Assembly: GCA_963662465.1 (NCBI GenBank) | Contig: OY759599.1 | Span: 768,001 to 832,000 of the forward strand | DNA length: 64,000 nucleotides | Source: Desulfatiglandales bacterium | GTDB taxonomy: Bacteria > Desulfobacterota > DSM-4660 > Desulfatiglandales > Desulfatiglandaceae | Reading direction: 5' to 3' | Shown: positions 37,701 to 46,796 of the stretch, piece by piece | Position numbering within the stretch: position 1 is the stretch's first letter | Layout of the letters: the number at the start of each line of letters is the position of its first letter | Made by a program: the position numbers and the translations under genes | Notes under the pieces: generated by a model | The model's database searches: none | What the model was told of the DNA's origin: nothing | The model's input: only the letters and a program-made list of their open reading frames with translations

Positions 37701-39537
37701 GTGCGTCTTTCCGGGTAACGGCAACGGTCTGAAAATCCAGATAGGGGCGTGTGAACTGAAGAAATTCCGCGCGCTTCGGCGATTTGGCGACACAAGGCAG
37801 AACATCCAGTTCCCCGGCTTTCACGGCATCCATGACGCCATGCCAACTCAAACTCTTCACCGGCGTCATCTCCACATTCAGTTTCTCACTCATGAGGAAC
37901 ACGTAGCTGGAGGAAATCCCTTCGTACTCCCCTCCGGCACTGACGCCCTCAAAAGGCATGAAATTGGGATCCACGCCCAGGCGGATATGAGGATGTTTTT
38001 TGAGCCACTCCTTTTCCTCGAAGGTCAGCACCATGGGGCGGGCTTTTCCGGAATACTGGCGCAAGTCGGGATTTGAAACCCAGCGCCCTTCGACATCCCG
38101 TATTTCCTTTTCCGTAATTTCGTCAAAACCACTGTTTATGGATTTAAGTCGGAACCCATCTTCCTTTAAAACAGCGGCAAAAAGATTTCGAATCGGGGTG
38201 GTTTCCCTGGAAACCCGAATCTCCCCCTGCAATCCCATGTCTTCAATAGCCCGCTGCAATGTAATCCCAACATCATATATGGCGATGACATCACCGTCCT
38301 GCAGGCCGGTAAGGAGTTCTGGGTATCCCTCATAAGGGATGCGAACAATTTCCGGATACTGCTCACGAAGCTGACTCTCCTCCCCCGACCCGGCAATCAC
38401 ACCGACGCGAGCGCCGGAGAGTTCAGCAAGCATCATGGGTTTCCTGCTTGTTTTAAAGGCCAGGCTGTCCTGCACGTCAAAGATGGGGACTGAGAAGGAA
38501 AGAAACGTTTCGCGTTTCGGGGTTTTGTACAGACCCGAGTGAAAATCGGCTCTTCCATCTTTGACCATCTGAAGTGTTTCTTCCCAGTCTCCGAAAACAA
38601 ACTCGATTTTACGAAAGTTCTTTGAGGACCACAAACGCCAGAGATCCACCAGGATTCCCGCAGCCTTGCCCGAAGGGGTCAGCATGGTAAAGGGCGGGTA
38701 GTACCGATCGCAGGCAATGGTTAATACCCCTTTGGGTTTGATTATTTTTGAACCGATCCAGCGCCGTTCGATCTGCACCTTTTCTTCCGGGGAGATCTTG
38801 TCAAAACATGACTTTATGACAGGCGGCAAAACCGTATCGCCTTTTTTTACCGCGGCCTGAAAGGCATTGGTATAAAGAGGCTTGTCCGAAAAATAACGAA
38901 AGTTTGAAAGGAGTTGTATTTTCTTGAGGAAGTAAAGGCCGACGGGGGTATCTATGACGAATACCCGGATTTCCCCCTTTTTAACGGCCTTGAACAGATC
39001 TCCATTGTTGACATATTCGGCGAGAGCGGCCCCGGGCAGATTAGTGCGCAGATAGTCCACTGCAAAATCTCCCTTGATGACGCCGATGCGAAACCCCAGC
39101 AGATCTTTCAGGGTTTTAATGCCATAAATGTCTTTGTGGAAAAAGAAATGGGTATCCGCTTTGATGAGGGGGGCAACATAGTCCAGGTAGGTTGCTCTTT
39201 GCTCCGAATAGAAACAGCCGCCCTGAACGTCCACTTTCCCCTCTTTGGTGAGCTTCAGGGTTTCACCAAAAGGCGCCAGGACGAAGTTGATCTTGATACC
39301 GCTTTTTTGGGACCACAACTGCCAGAGATCCACCAGCCACCCGTCAGCGACCCCTTTCGCGTCTCGGAAATAGAACGGGGCAGTGTCCTGTGCCACCGCC
39401 ACAGTGATTTCTTTGATATCTTGAGAGCCTTCCTTTGCCGCAGCCACAATCGGCATGCCTAAAACAGTCAGAAAAAATCCCAGACAAAACAACCAGGACC
39501 CGAAAACTCCGGCAATGCTCCTTTTAAAACACGGCAT
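34771..39537 (-). CDS. Membrane sensor with 3 periplasmic PBPb domains and 6 PAS domains, no catalytic output domain
   Basis: Signal/TM, three PBP repeats (APF, YPPF, FMPF), TM ending WNRR, six PAS-PAC units ending DIT/DFT/DIS/DET, then a short C-terminal helix. No H-box, GGDEF, EAL or MCP motif seen. Confidence 0.85.
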   Translation of the reverse strand: MPCFKRSIAGVFGSWLFCLGFFLTVLGMPIVAAAKEGSQDIKEITVAVAQDTAPFYFRDAKGVADGWLVDLWQLWSQKSGIKINFVLAPFGETLKLTKEGKVDVQGGCFYSEQRATYLDYVAPLIKADTHFFFHKDIYGIKTLKDLLGFRIGVIKGDFAVDYLRTNLPGAALAEYVNNGDLFKAVKKGEIRVFVIDTPVGLYFLKKIQLLSNFRYFSDKPLYTNAFQAAVKKGDTVLPPVIKSCFDKISPEEKVQIERRWIGSKIIKPKGVLTIACDRYYPPFTMLTPSGKAAGILVDLWRLWSSKNFRKIEFVFGDWEETLQMVKDGRADFHSGLYKTPKRETFLSFSVPIFDVQDSLAFKTSRKPMMLAELSGARVGVIAGSGEESQLREQYPEIVRIPYEGYPELLTGLQDGDVIAIYDVGITLQRAIEDMGLQGEIRVSRETTPIRNLFAAVLKEDGFRLKSINSGFDEITEKEIRDVEGRWVSNPDLRQYSGKARPMVLTFEEKEWLKKHPHIRLGVDPNFMPFEGVSAGGEYEGISSSYVFLMSEKLNVEMTPVKSLSWHGVMDAVKAGELDVLPCVAKSPKRAEFLQFTRPYLDFQTVAVTRKDAPFIAEMKSLKDAQVAVVKGYFVQEMLEQDFPEMKLVLVDDIEQGLKAVAEGQAAAYVDNSASIVYAISKLGLADLKVAASTGYSSSLRFGVRKDWPQLATILDKALNSIPEEEKRNIANRWINVRFAQRTDWAFLIKMGIAVAMVIGLILTIIIIWNRRMAREMVQRKRAEERFQTIAATTPGAIIQIRFDADGRPEYLYLSPKAEAFFGMPVEQVMRGKERLPWHPEDFERVKKEVQTDLLAEADMNHVGRIISKEGAVKWIRLNASPSRNAEGDLIYNGLILDITSRKLAELDHIRSERKIKAMSQAAEDALVMIDGQGKVLFWNPAAEKLFGYTEAEAMGMDFHQMAAPEVYHEKIYAGLKHFAENGEGPVLGTTTEINARNRKGDEFPVEVTLSSFQVDEEWFAVGTVRDITERKKAEEAIKDSEQRMADLIDFLPDPILAIDVEGKVQFWNRAMEKLTGVKKGNIVGKGDYEYALPFYGDRRPILVDLVKQWDEELGKKYLSVKKEGNCLVSESFHPHMGDGGTYLSGIAAILYDTSGKPVGAIESLRDFTDRKIAEDAMKESEKKLKTILETAAEGFQLVNASQEIVDQNPAMCHIMGREKDEVIGKTIFDFVDEENKKIFLEQIELRKQGITSAYEIALSRPDGSQVNCLYNVSPLYDENNERIGAFAMVTDISDRKQSEDRLRFTQTTVDKAALTIFWVDPETGMFIYANEAACSSLGYTREELMSMHVPQIDMEFNEEKFTGLMEVLQTHSHVETEGLHKTKDGRILNVMLSIVLTQLENRWVIAVFSKDETEKKQAEKAVKESEQRVQTILNAINTGVIIIDPENRTIVDVNPLAAQMIGLPGTEIIGHICHEFVCPKAVNDCPVLDSEQEIENAERVLLTAAGQEIPILKTVTRVKLSGKTHLLESFIDISELKKAEQELKERLEELEQFNRLVVGREIKMIGLKEEVNQLLEKLGREEKYEIVQ

Positions 39538-39620
39538 TTGCGTTACCCCTTGTAATTTCAATGTTTTTTTCTAAATATCCTCTGGGAAACATGAACTTTA
39601 AAACATTCTCATTCCCCTGT

Positions 39621-42413
39621 TTATTCCTTTAATTTTTTCTGAAGACCTTCCACCAGGGGCAGAGCCTCTTTAAATTTGTATTTGTTGATGAACCTTTCCA
39701 GATCTGCCATCTCCACGCCTACCGCCGCCGGCCAGGGCACCTTTTTGATCTCCGCCATGGCCTCCTTGCACGGTTTCGGCTTACGGGTTTTCAGATGGGG
39801 AATCAATTCTTCCAGGGCGGCTGCAAGCGCTTCAGGATCGACTTCCCCCCCAGCCTTTTGGGCCATATCGGCCGGTTTGGGTTCCTCGCCCAAAACCCCG
39901 AGCGCTGCCACAACATCTTTCAACACACCTCCGAAAGCGGAAATCCGTTCATCATCGGTATCGGAAAGCCCTGCTTTGATGGCGGACTCCAGCGCCGCTG
40001 CCGCCGCCTGTAACGGCCCCGCCCCCACGTTGCCGGCCACCCCTTTGATGCTGTGGGCCAGACGTTCCGCTGCTTCCCCTTTTTCGGCCTTCAGCAGATC
40101 TTTGAGTTCCTGTTCGGTATCGGCATAGTCATCCCGAAGCTTTATGAGCAGTTTGCGGTAAAGCTTTTTATTTCCGCCCACGCGCATAACCCCTTCCTTG
40201 ATATTGATGCCGTTTACGACATCCGGAAGATGATCTTCAGCCACGGCGGCGGAAGGTTCAACAGCCGGTAAAGGGATATCAGTCCTGGGTTCGAATCCCC
40301 GCACACCCGGTTTGATCCACTGGGCCAGGCAGGAGAACAGCTGGTTCAGATCGATGGGTTTGGCTACGTGGTCGTTCATGCCGGCATCAACCGCCTTTTC
40401 ACGGTCTCCCGCCATGGCGTTGGCCGTCATGGCGATGATGGGAATGGGGATTGCGGATTGCGGATTGCGGATTTTCTCTTCCCCTTCCCATTTGCGGATT
40501 TCGCCGGTAGCCGTGTACCCGTCCATGACCGGCATCTGAATATCCATTAAGACCGCATGGTAGTTGTTGTCCGCCTGCACCGCTTCCAAAGCTTGCTTTC
40601 CGTTACTAACGGTAGTGACCCTGAGGCCTGACCCACCAAGAATTTCCTCGGCCACCTGCTGGTTGATTTCGTTGTCTTCCGCCAGCAGCACGTGGGCGCC
40701 TCTGATTTTTTCCGCTCCTTCCGGTTCACTCGAATGTTTCCTGCCGCGTCTTTTGGAAGCATCCAGTTTGCCAAAGGCGGCCATGGTGGCGTCCAGCAGC
40801 GTCGAAGGGGTGAGCGGTTTGATGAGGAAACCGTCCAGTCCCATTTGATCGGCCCGGGTCATGATCTCTTCCCGGCCAAAGGCGGTCACCATGATGATTT
40901 TGGGAATCTTGGCAAGGCCTGCATGGTTCCTGATTTTTTCAGACACCGTAAACCCGTCCATTCCGGGCATTTTCCAATCCATAAGCACCAGTTCAAAGGG
41001 ATCTTCCTTATCTGCTTTTTCCAGTTCCCTGAGCCCTTCTTCCCCACCGGGGACAAGGGTCGCTCTAAAGGACATGGCAGCCAGCATTCCTTCCAGAATG
41101 TCGCGGCTGGTTTGGTTGTCGTCCACCACCAGCACTTTGAGGTTCCTGAGATCCGGGTCGGGCACGAGAGCGGGCTTTTCATCCCCTTTTCCAAGGCCGA
41201 AAAGAGCGGTGAAGATGAATTCGCTGCCCACTCCGGGTTCGCTTTCCACCCAGATCTCTCCCCCCATCATCTCCACCAGCCGCTTGCTGATGGTGAGCCC
41301 CAGACCGGTTCCGCCGTATTTCCGGGTGGTGGAGGCATCGGCCTGGCTGAAGGCCTGAAACAGTTTGCCCCGCTGTTCCTCGGTAAGTCCTATCCCCGTA
41401 TCCCGGACGCCGAACCGCACCCTTACCTGATCTGGGGGCATCTGATCCTTGGTTTTCTCCTCCAGGGTGGCGGAGATGACGATCTCTCCTTTTTCCGTGA
41501 ATTTGACGGCATTGTTACTGAGGTTCACCAGCACCTGGCCCAGGCGAAGGGGGTCCCCAAGAAGGTTATTGGGGAGTTTCCGGTCCACCTTCAACAGCAG
41601 TTGCAGTTCCTTTTCCTGGGACTTCACACCCACCAGGTTGGCCACATTGTCCAGGGCATCATCCAGCTTGAAATTGATGGTTTCCATGTCCATCTTGCCC
41701 GCTTCGATCTTGCTGAAATCTAAGATGTCGTTGATGATGCCCAAGAGCGCCTTGGCGCTGGACTGTATTTTCACCAGGTAGTCTTGCTGCTTGGGGTTCA
41801 ACTCCGTTTTTAGGGCCAGGTGGCTCATGCCGATGACGGCGTTCATGGGGGTCCGGATCTCGTGGCTCATGTTGGCCAGAAAATCGCTTTTGGCCTTGGT
41901 GGCCTCTTCGGCTTTCTGTTTCTCCTCGTCCAGGTCCTGCATCATGTTCAGCATGGCACGCCTCGCATCCGCCAACTTTTCAATCTGAGCCTGCATGGAA
42001 TCCTCGGACTCCCTGCTTTTGGCGAAAGCGGCTTCCAACTGCTCGGCCATACTGTTAAAGGCCTCTGAAAAATCCCCCATGAAATCGACCTTGTGACTGA
42101 AATCCCCTTTGGCGATCTGCTGAGTGGTCCAGGTCAGGTGGCGCAGACTTCCCTGGAGGTTTTTCAGGTTACCCATCAGGGCGCTGTTGCTTCGAGGCGG
42201 TTGGTATTCGACATCGCCGCCGGACAGTGCCTGGGCCAGATCGGCAGTGGCGGCGTAATCCGTGAGGAATTTGTTGATGTAGCCAACCGCCTGCCGAATC
42301 TCGTTGTCAGGAAAATCGTCGGGCAAAAGGATAGGGCCGGGCTTCTTACCTTTCATGATCAGATAGAAGACCTCACTGATCTTGTCAATGATCTCTTCCT
42401 TGACTTCCAGCAT
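39621..42413 (-). CDS. Cytoplasmic hybrid histidine kinase (HAMP, HisKA, HATPase, REC, REC, Hpt)
   Basis: IAKGDFS...[22 protein letters not shown], two receivers and [11 protein letters not shown]pt; no TM helix; starts 4 bp after the V4R gene. Confidence 0.92.
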   Translation of the reverse strand: MLEVKEEIIDKISEVFYLIMKGKKPGPILLPDDFPDNEIRQAVGYINKFLTDYAATADLAQALSGGDVEYQPPRSNSALMGNLKNLQGSLRHLTWTTQQIAKGDFSHKVDFMGDFSEAFNSMAEQLEAAFAKSRESEDSMQAQIEKLADARRAMLNMMQDLDEEKQKAEEATKAKSDFLANMSHEIRTPMNAVIGMSHLALKTELNPKQQDYLVKIQSSAKALLGIINDILDFSKIEAGKMDMETINFKLDDALDNVANLVGVKSQEKELQLLLKVDRKLPNNLLGDPLRLGQVLVNLSNNAVKFTEKGEIVISATLEEKTKDQMPPDQVRVRFGVRDTGIGLTEEQRGKLFQAFSQADASTTRKYGGTGLGLTISKRLVEMMGGEIWVESEPGVGSEFIFTALFGLGKGDEKPALVPDPDLRNLKVLVVDDNQTSRDILEGMLAAMSFRATLVPGGEEGLRELEKADKEDPFELVLMDWKMPGMDGFTVSEKIRNHAGLAKIPKIIMVTAFGREEIMTRADQMGLDGFLIKPLTPSTLLDATMAAFGKLDASKRRGRKHSSEPEGAEKIRGAHVLLAEDNEINQQVAEEILGGSGLRVTTVSNGKQALEAVQADNNYHAVLMDIQMPVMDGYTATGEIRKWEGEEKIRNPQSAIPIPIIAMTANAMAGDREKAVDAGMNDHVAKPIDLNQLFSCLAQWIKPGVRGFEPRTDIPLPAVEPSAAVAEDHLPDVVNGINIKEGVMRVGGNKKLYRKLLIKLRDDYADTEQELKDLLKAEKGEAAERLAHSIKGVAGNVGAGPLQAAAAALESAIKAGLSDTDDERISAFGGVLKDVVAALGVLGEEPKPADMAQKAGGEVDPEALAAALEELIPHLKTRKPKPCKEAMAEIKKVPWPAAVGVEMADLERFINKYKFKEALPLVEGLQKKLKE
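40448..40473. repeat. Heptamer tandem repeat (GGATTGC)x3.7 inside a kinase receiver domain
   Basis: GGATTGC GGATTGC GGATTGC GGATT, encoding IRNPQSAI on the minus strand. Confidence 0.8.
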
Positions 42414-42417
42414 GTAT

Positions 42418-42945
42418 TTATGCCCTCGGCTTGATGTCAAAACGGCAGACGCGGTCACCGGTGCACCAGCAGTCGATCTCCTTCACATCAAACTCTTTGC
42501 CCGTAAATTCCAGGAACAGGCCGTTGATAAACCCCTCATCGTAAGTACAGATGCTTTCATCAGTGATGGGCAGCCCGGAACAATCCAGATCCTCCGCCAC
42601 CGTCAGGATAAAGTGCATGTTCTCCATGTCGGCTTTTTCAACGCGCAGAATACCGATGCTCAAATCGGACAACAGCCTTTGTACCTCTTCAACAAATGCA
42701 TTGAAGTCAGACTTCTGCGTCACCAGATTCTTGAAAAACTGGCGGCCCGCGGACTGCCCGGCTTCGTAATAAATGCGGTCGGCGGCCTCGGGGCCATAAT
42801 GCTTGATCAGTACGTCGCGCAGGGTAAATTGCATGAGGCGGTAGACCGCCACGCTCATGGTGTTCCCCAGGTTGGGCCGACCTTCGGCGATATCGCCCAG
42901 CATACTCCAATCAAATTGCAGTTCATCCCGCTCTTCCTTAAACAT
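42418..42945 (-). CDS. Stand-alone V4R-domain protein
   Basis: GRPNLG, IGILRVE, EDLDCSG, CTYDEG and [22 protein letters not shown]. Confidence 0.88.
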   Translation of the reverse strand: MFKEERDELQFDWSMLGDIAEGRPNLGNTMSVAVYRLMQFTLRDVLIKHYGPEAADRIYYEAGQSAGRQFFKNLVTQKSDFNAFVEEVQRLLSDLSIGILRVEKADMENMHFILTVAEDLDCSGLPITDESICTYDEGFINGLFLEFTGKEFDVKEIDCWCTGDRVCRFDIKPRA

Positions 42946-43048
42946 TATGAATCCTCCTTATTGTTATTAAATTCAGATTCTTGGATCATTATATGTCTAT
43001 CTTGGGCGCTCAGTCAATACCTCAAGTCTTTAATGTTGTATCGGGTTC

Positions 43049-43210
43049 CTATTGAAAAAACTCGTATTTTTCATCTCCGGGAGAGTGGGAGCAGGGCACG
43101 GACTGAAAATACAATCGAACGACGGCGCCGCCGTCCTGATGGTTACCGATCTCGATACGCCCCCCGTGTGCCTCGGCGATAAGCTTGGCGCCCAGCAGAC
43201 TCAACCCCAC
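43049..43210 (-). pseudogene. 3' remnant of a histidine kinase (HATPase G2 region)
   Basis: Manual translation VGLSLLGAKLIAEAHGGRIEIGNHQDGGAVVRLYF...*; the rest of the gene is missing. Confidence 0.6.
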
Positions 43211-43224
43211 ATTCTCATTTTCCG

Positions 43225-43512
43225 TTATCCTTTCAATTTGCGTTGATCGAAAATCATTGTAGATCCTTTTTCATTCAGGAATTCCGCGATCTCCAGTTCC
43301 AGACCCCTCAATAAATCTTCATATTCCGTTCTGCGAACAGGCGCCTCTTCCAGAGTGGATTGATTCCATTTTGTGAGTGCCTCGAAACAGATCTGGTAAT
43401 CATTGCAGAGGGTGTGAAACCCGTCATCGCTCTTGAGCAGGGAATGAATTGTTTTCTTTCGAAAGGGAAAGCGTTTAATCACATGAAAAAGACTCGATTT
43501 TATGACCGACAT
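43225..43512 (-). CDS. Small helical hypothetical protein (F..LCxDY..C..AL..W)
   Basis: 95-aa ORF from ATG 43512, divergent from the TPR regulator. Confidence 0.6.
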   Translation of the reverse strand: MSVIKSSLFHVIKRFPFRKKTIHSLLKSDDGFHTLCNDYQICFEALTKWNQSTLEEAPVRRTEYEDLLRGLELEIAEFLNEKGSTMIFDQRKLKG

Positions 43513-43631
43513 GGTGACCCCCATAAAAAGACGGTTGTTAAGGTTTCTTGAAAGTGTATAATGGGCACGCTTTAAAACAACTAATTTAGGGTATATTAGG
43601 TAATGTGCGCGGATGATCCGGAAGGACCGAA

Positions 43632-45269
43632 ATGCCTCAAATAAACCAAATCGATTCGACGTCCTACCGGGAACCGGATCAGGCAATCAAGAATGAAGAA
43701 ATTCAACTTCAATTGAAAAGAATCCTTGATAGTCCTGAGTTTCACGGAACCCAAGGCCAGCGGGAATTTCTTCAGTTCGTGGTTTCTGAAACACTTGCCG
43801 GCAGAGCCGATGAGATCAAGGGATACACGGTTGCCACTCGGGTTTTCGGCAGGAAAAACGATTTCGACCCCAACCTCGATCCCATTGTCAGCATTCAGGC
43901 CAATAAATTGAGACGGGCTCTGGAACGGTATTATCTGGTAGCCGGCCAAAAGGATCCCCTTCGAATCGATATCCCCAAGGGCGGCTATGTGCCGTTCTTT
44001 CATCAACTGACAGCTGTGGAACCGGATGACGGGATTTGTTCCGCCAAAGGTTTGGGGTCCGCATCTGATGTATCCTGGCCTACGCTTCTGGTACGGCCTT
44101 TTGAGAATCTCACAAACGACCCGGACATGGACTATATGGCCATCGGTCTGGCAACAGAACTTGCCATGGAGATTACCCGATACCAGGAAATCATGGTTCT
44201 GATGGTTCGCCAAAAAGTCTCCGGAACGCAGATTATGCATGCGGAAGCCAGGTTTGCCCTTGATGGAAATATTCGTAAAGACGATTCCGGCATCAAAATT
44301 ACCGTACAGCTTACCGATTTATCCAACGGTTTGCAAATCTGGTGTGATCATAACCACTTTAAGCCGGACGCCGGTCGGATGATTCAATTTCAGGAAGCGG
44401 TGGCCCGAAGCGCCACCGCCAAAATCGGCAGTGAATGCGGTATCATCGCCAGAACCGTCGGTCGCGAATCCAAAGACACTCCCGCAACGCAATTGAAAAC
44501 CTACCAGGCCATTCTGCGATATCATGATTTCAGTGCCAACTTTACTCAGGATACCTTTGAACGTGCACTTGAAGCGCTTCAACTGGCAATCGACATCGAA
44601 CCGCAAAGGGGTCTCGTCTGGGCCATGCTGGCCCGCCTCTACGGTAACAATTACAGTCTGGAACTGTTCGATCGATTTATGCCGATGGGAGATGCTGTGG
44701 CATTTGCTCAGAAAGGGGCCAGGCTGGAACCTGAAAGCCAGTTGGTACGGCTGATCCTTGCCTATATACTCATGTTTGAAAACAACCTTAAAGAAGGAAT
44801 TGCCGAAGTAGACCGGGCAATTTTGCTGAATCCCAATGCACTGCTTCATATGGAAAACTGCGGATACCTGCTCACCCTTCTGGGAGACTGGCAGCGCGGG
44901 ACCGCACTGATCAATAAAGCCATCGAGCAGAATCCCTTCTATAACATCATTGTCCATCATGCCCTGTGGGTGGATTGGGTACGCCGGAAAGAATACCGGA
45001 TGGCATACATGGAAACCCTGAACTTCAGAACACCGAATCTTTTCTGGGAGCCGCTGATGAAGGCCGCAGGCTTCGGATTGCTGGGGAAAATTGACGAAGG
45101 ACGGCAGGCGGCAAAGGATTTGCTCAGGCTCAAACCGGATTTTCCCTCGCGGGGTCTTGTGCTGATCAGATACTACATTAAATTCAATGAGATTGTTGTT
45201 CGTATCGTCAAGGGCCTGCAAAACGTGGGGGTAGACCTCCATTTACCTGATAGTCGAGGAAAACCATGA
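43632..45269 (+). CDS. TolB-like/TPR regulator (adenylate-cyclase-associated family, no cyclase domain seen)
   Basis: QLKRILDSPEF...FLQFVV..IKGYTVATRVFGR..DPIV..LRRALERYY..IPKGGYVP; VRPFENL TolB-like segment; C-terminal TPRs. Confidence 0.75.
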   Translation: MPQINQIDSTSYREPDQAIKNEEIQLQLKRILDSPEFHGTQGQREFLQFVVSETLAGRADEIKGYTVATRVFGRKNDFDPNLDPIVSIQANKLRRALERYYLVAGQKDPLRIDIPKGGYVPFFHQLTAVEPDDGICSAKGLGSASDVSWPTLLVRPFENLTNDPDMDYMAIGLATELAMEITRYQEIMVLMVRQKVSGTQIMHAEARFALDGNIRKDDSGIKITVQLTDLSNGLQIWCDHNHFKPDAGRMIQFQEAVARSATAKIGSECGIIARTVGRESKDTPATQLKTYQAILRYHDFSANFTQDTFERALEALQLAIDIEPQRGLVWAMLARLYGNNYSLELFDRFMPMGDAVAFAQKGARLEPESQLVRLILAYILMFENNLKEGIAEVDRAILLNPNALLHMENCGYLLTLLGDWQRGTALINKAIEQNPFYNIIVHHALWVDWVRRKEYRMAYMETLNFRTPNLFWEPLMKAAGFGLLGKIDEGRQAAKDLLRLKPDFPSRGLVLIRYYIKFNEIVVRIVKGLQNVGVDLHLPDSRGKP

Positions 45270-46774
45270 CAAAAAGGCAGAGAGGTTCCCGATGGGCTAT
45301 CCGTCCTTTGGTGCCGGAAACGGTGTACACGGATCGGAAGGAATACCTGGATTATCTGTACCGGTCCGCCCTGGAAACCATCACCCGTCGCAGCATGTCC
45401 ACGGTTTTGTTAGGCCGGCGCCGCATGGGCAAGACCGAAATCTTCAAACGGGTGGTCAACCGACTTTTTTTTGATCAGGAAAACCCGGCGGATCTGGATC
45501 ACAGCGTGGCGCCGGTCTATTTCAGTTTTCCGGATACGGTGGTGGATCGCTGGGATTTCAGTAACACCCGTCTGCCCCAGTACAGCTTTGACATCGTGGG
45601 TTGGATGCAGCAGGCGGTGGAATCCCCCACCTGTCCTCATTTCGTGACCGGTTCGGCCATGGGCATCCTGGCCAGGGAGATTCTGGGTTGGGGCGCCTTG
45701 TTCGGTCGCTTCAGAAGCAAACCCATTGAGCCGTTGACCCAGTACTGGGGGGCCGAACTGGCCTTGCGGGCCGGACGCTATTTCCATTGGGAAACCCCCG
45801 AAGAAATGGCCCCTGTGATAGCGGAACGATGCGGCGGCAATCCTTTCTATATCCAAGCCGTGGCCCAGCAGGCCGGAGAGCAGGGAAAAGTGTTGGATTC
45901 TGAAAGGCAATTGGGGCACATCCTGGCCGTTGATCTTTCCTCCGGTTTCATCTGAGGGGAGTTGAGCGATCAGGTCAACCGCTGGATCGAAAGGATCAAT
46001 ACCTCCGGGATTACCAAGGCCATCCTCTACCTGTCGGCGCTGGAGGAAGGAGAACGTCTGGACCTGAACCGTATTCAGAAAGAGGTATGGAAACGGGAAG
46101 GGGTGGATGTTCCCATGGCAGAAATCCGGGATGTGCTGATAAAACTCTCCCGGGGGGATCTTCTGGAATACATGGAACTGGGGGGCTGGTTCCGAAAGGT
46201 GCGGGATCCCATCCTGCTGGAGTTCTTGAAGGTGTGGGGGCGTATCGAAGTCGATTCAATGGATGCGGCCCAGGTTCAAAATGAACTGATAACCGGTTAT
46301 CGAAAGCAGAAACGCCGGTTCAGCGAATACAAGGGATATTTGGCGGAAGTCTTCATGGCCCAGGTCCTGTGGGCGGCCCAGGACAAGACACTTTCGGGAG
46401 ATTTTTTTCATGCCGATCATGATGTGTTTTTTCCTCGGTTCATCTTTGTACGCCACCGCATGACACTCGGTTCCGGCAAAGGCCGGGAGATCGATGTGGT
46501 GGGGGCCGGCGGCGGGTACAACTGGGTTTGTCAGAGCAAATGGGTCAAGGGAAAGAAAGTGGGGCCTTCGGCTGTGAAGGAATTGATGGAACAAAGGGAA
46601 GTGGTTCGAAAAGATCTGGACGCCATCACCATGACCGCCTGGCTGTTCGCCTGTGAAGGATTGACGCCCGAAGCGGAGAAACTGGCTGAGGCTGAGGGCA
46701 TTCTCTGGTCAAAAATCCATGATTTCAATGAATTGCTTACGCACATGGGGCTAAGAAAATTGCCGGATTTATGA
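45266..46774 (+). pseudogene. P-loop ATPase + Mrr-like PD-(D/E)xK nuclease, disrupted
   Basis: Walker A GRRRMGKT with no Walker B (apparent deletion near 45560); in-frame TGA at 45953 (GFI*GEL) continues into EIDVVG...CQSKW. Confidence 0.7.
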
Positions 46775-46796
46775 TCTTTATTGAAAGGGGTTAATC

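Noticed and set aside
40692..41723. Long antisense ORFs (e.g. 343 aa here, also 35647-36510 and 44319-45242)
   Set aside because: Shadow frames of well-supported genes, with no recognisable motifs.
45953..45955. TGA as selenocysteine or recoded Trp
   Set aside because: Not a Cys or redox context, the gene has a second lesion, and TGA ends many intact genes in this window.
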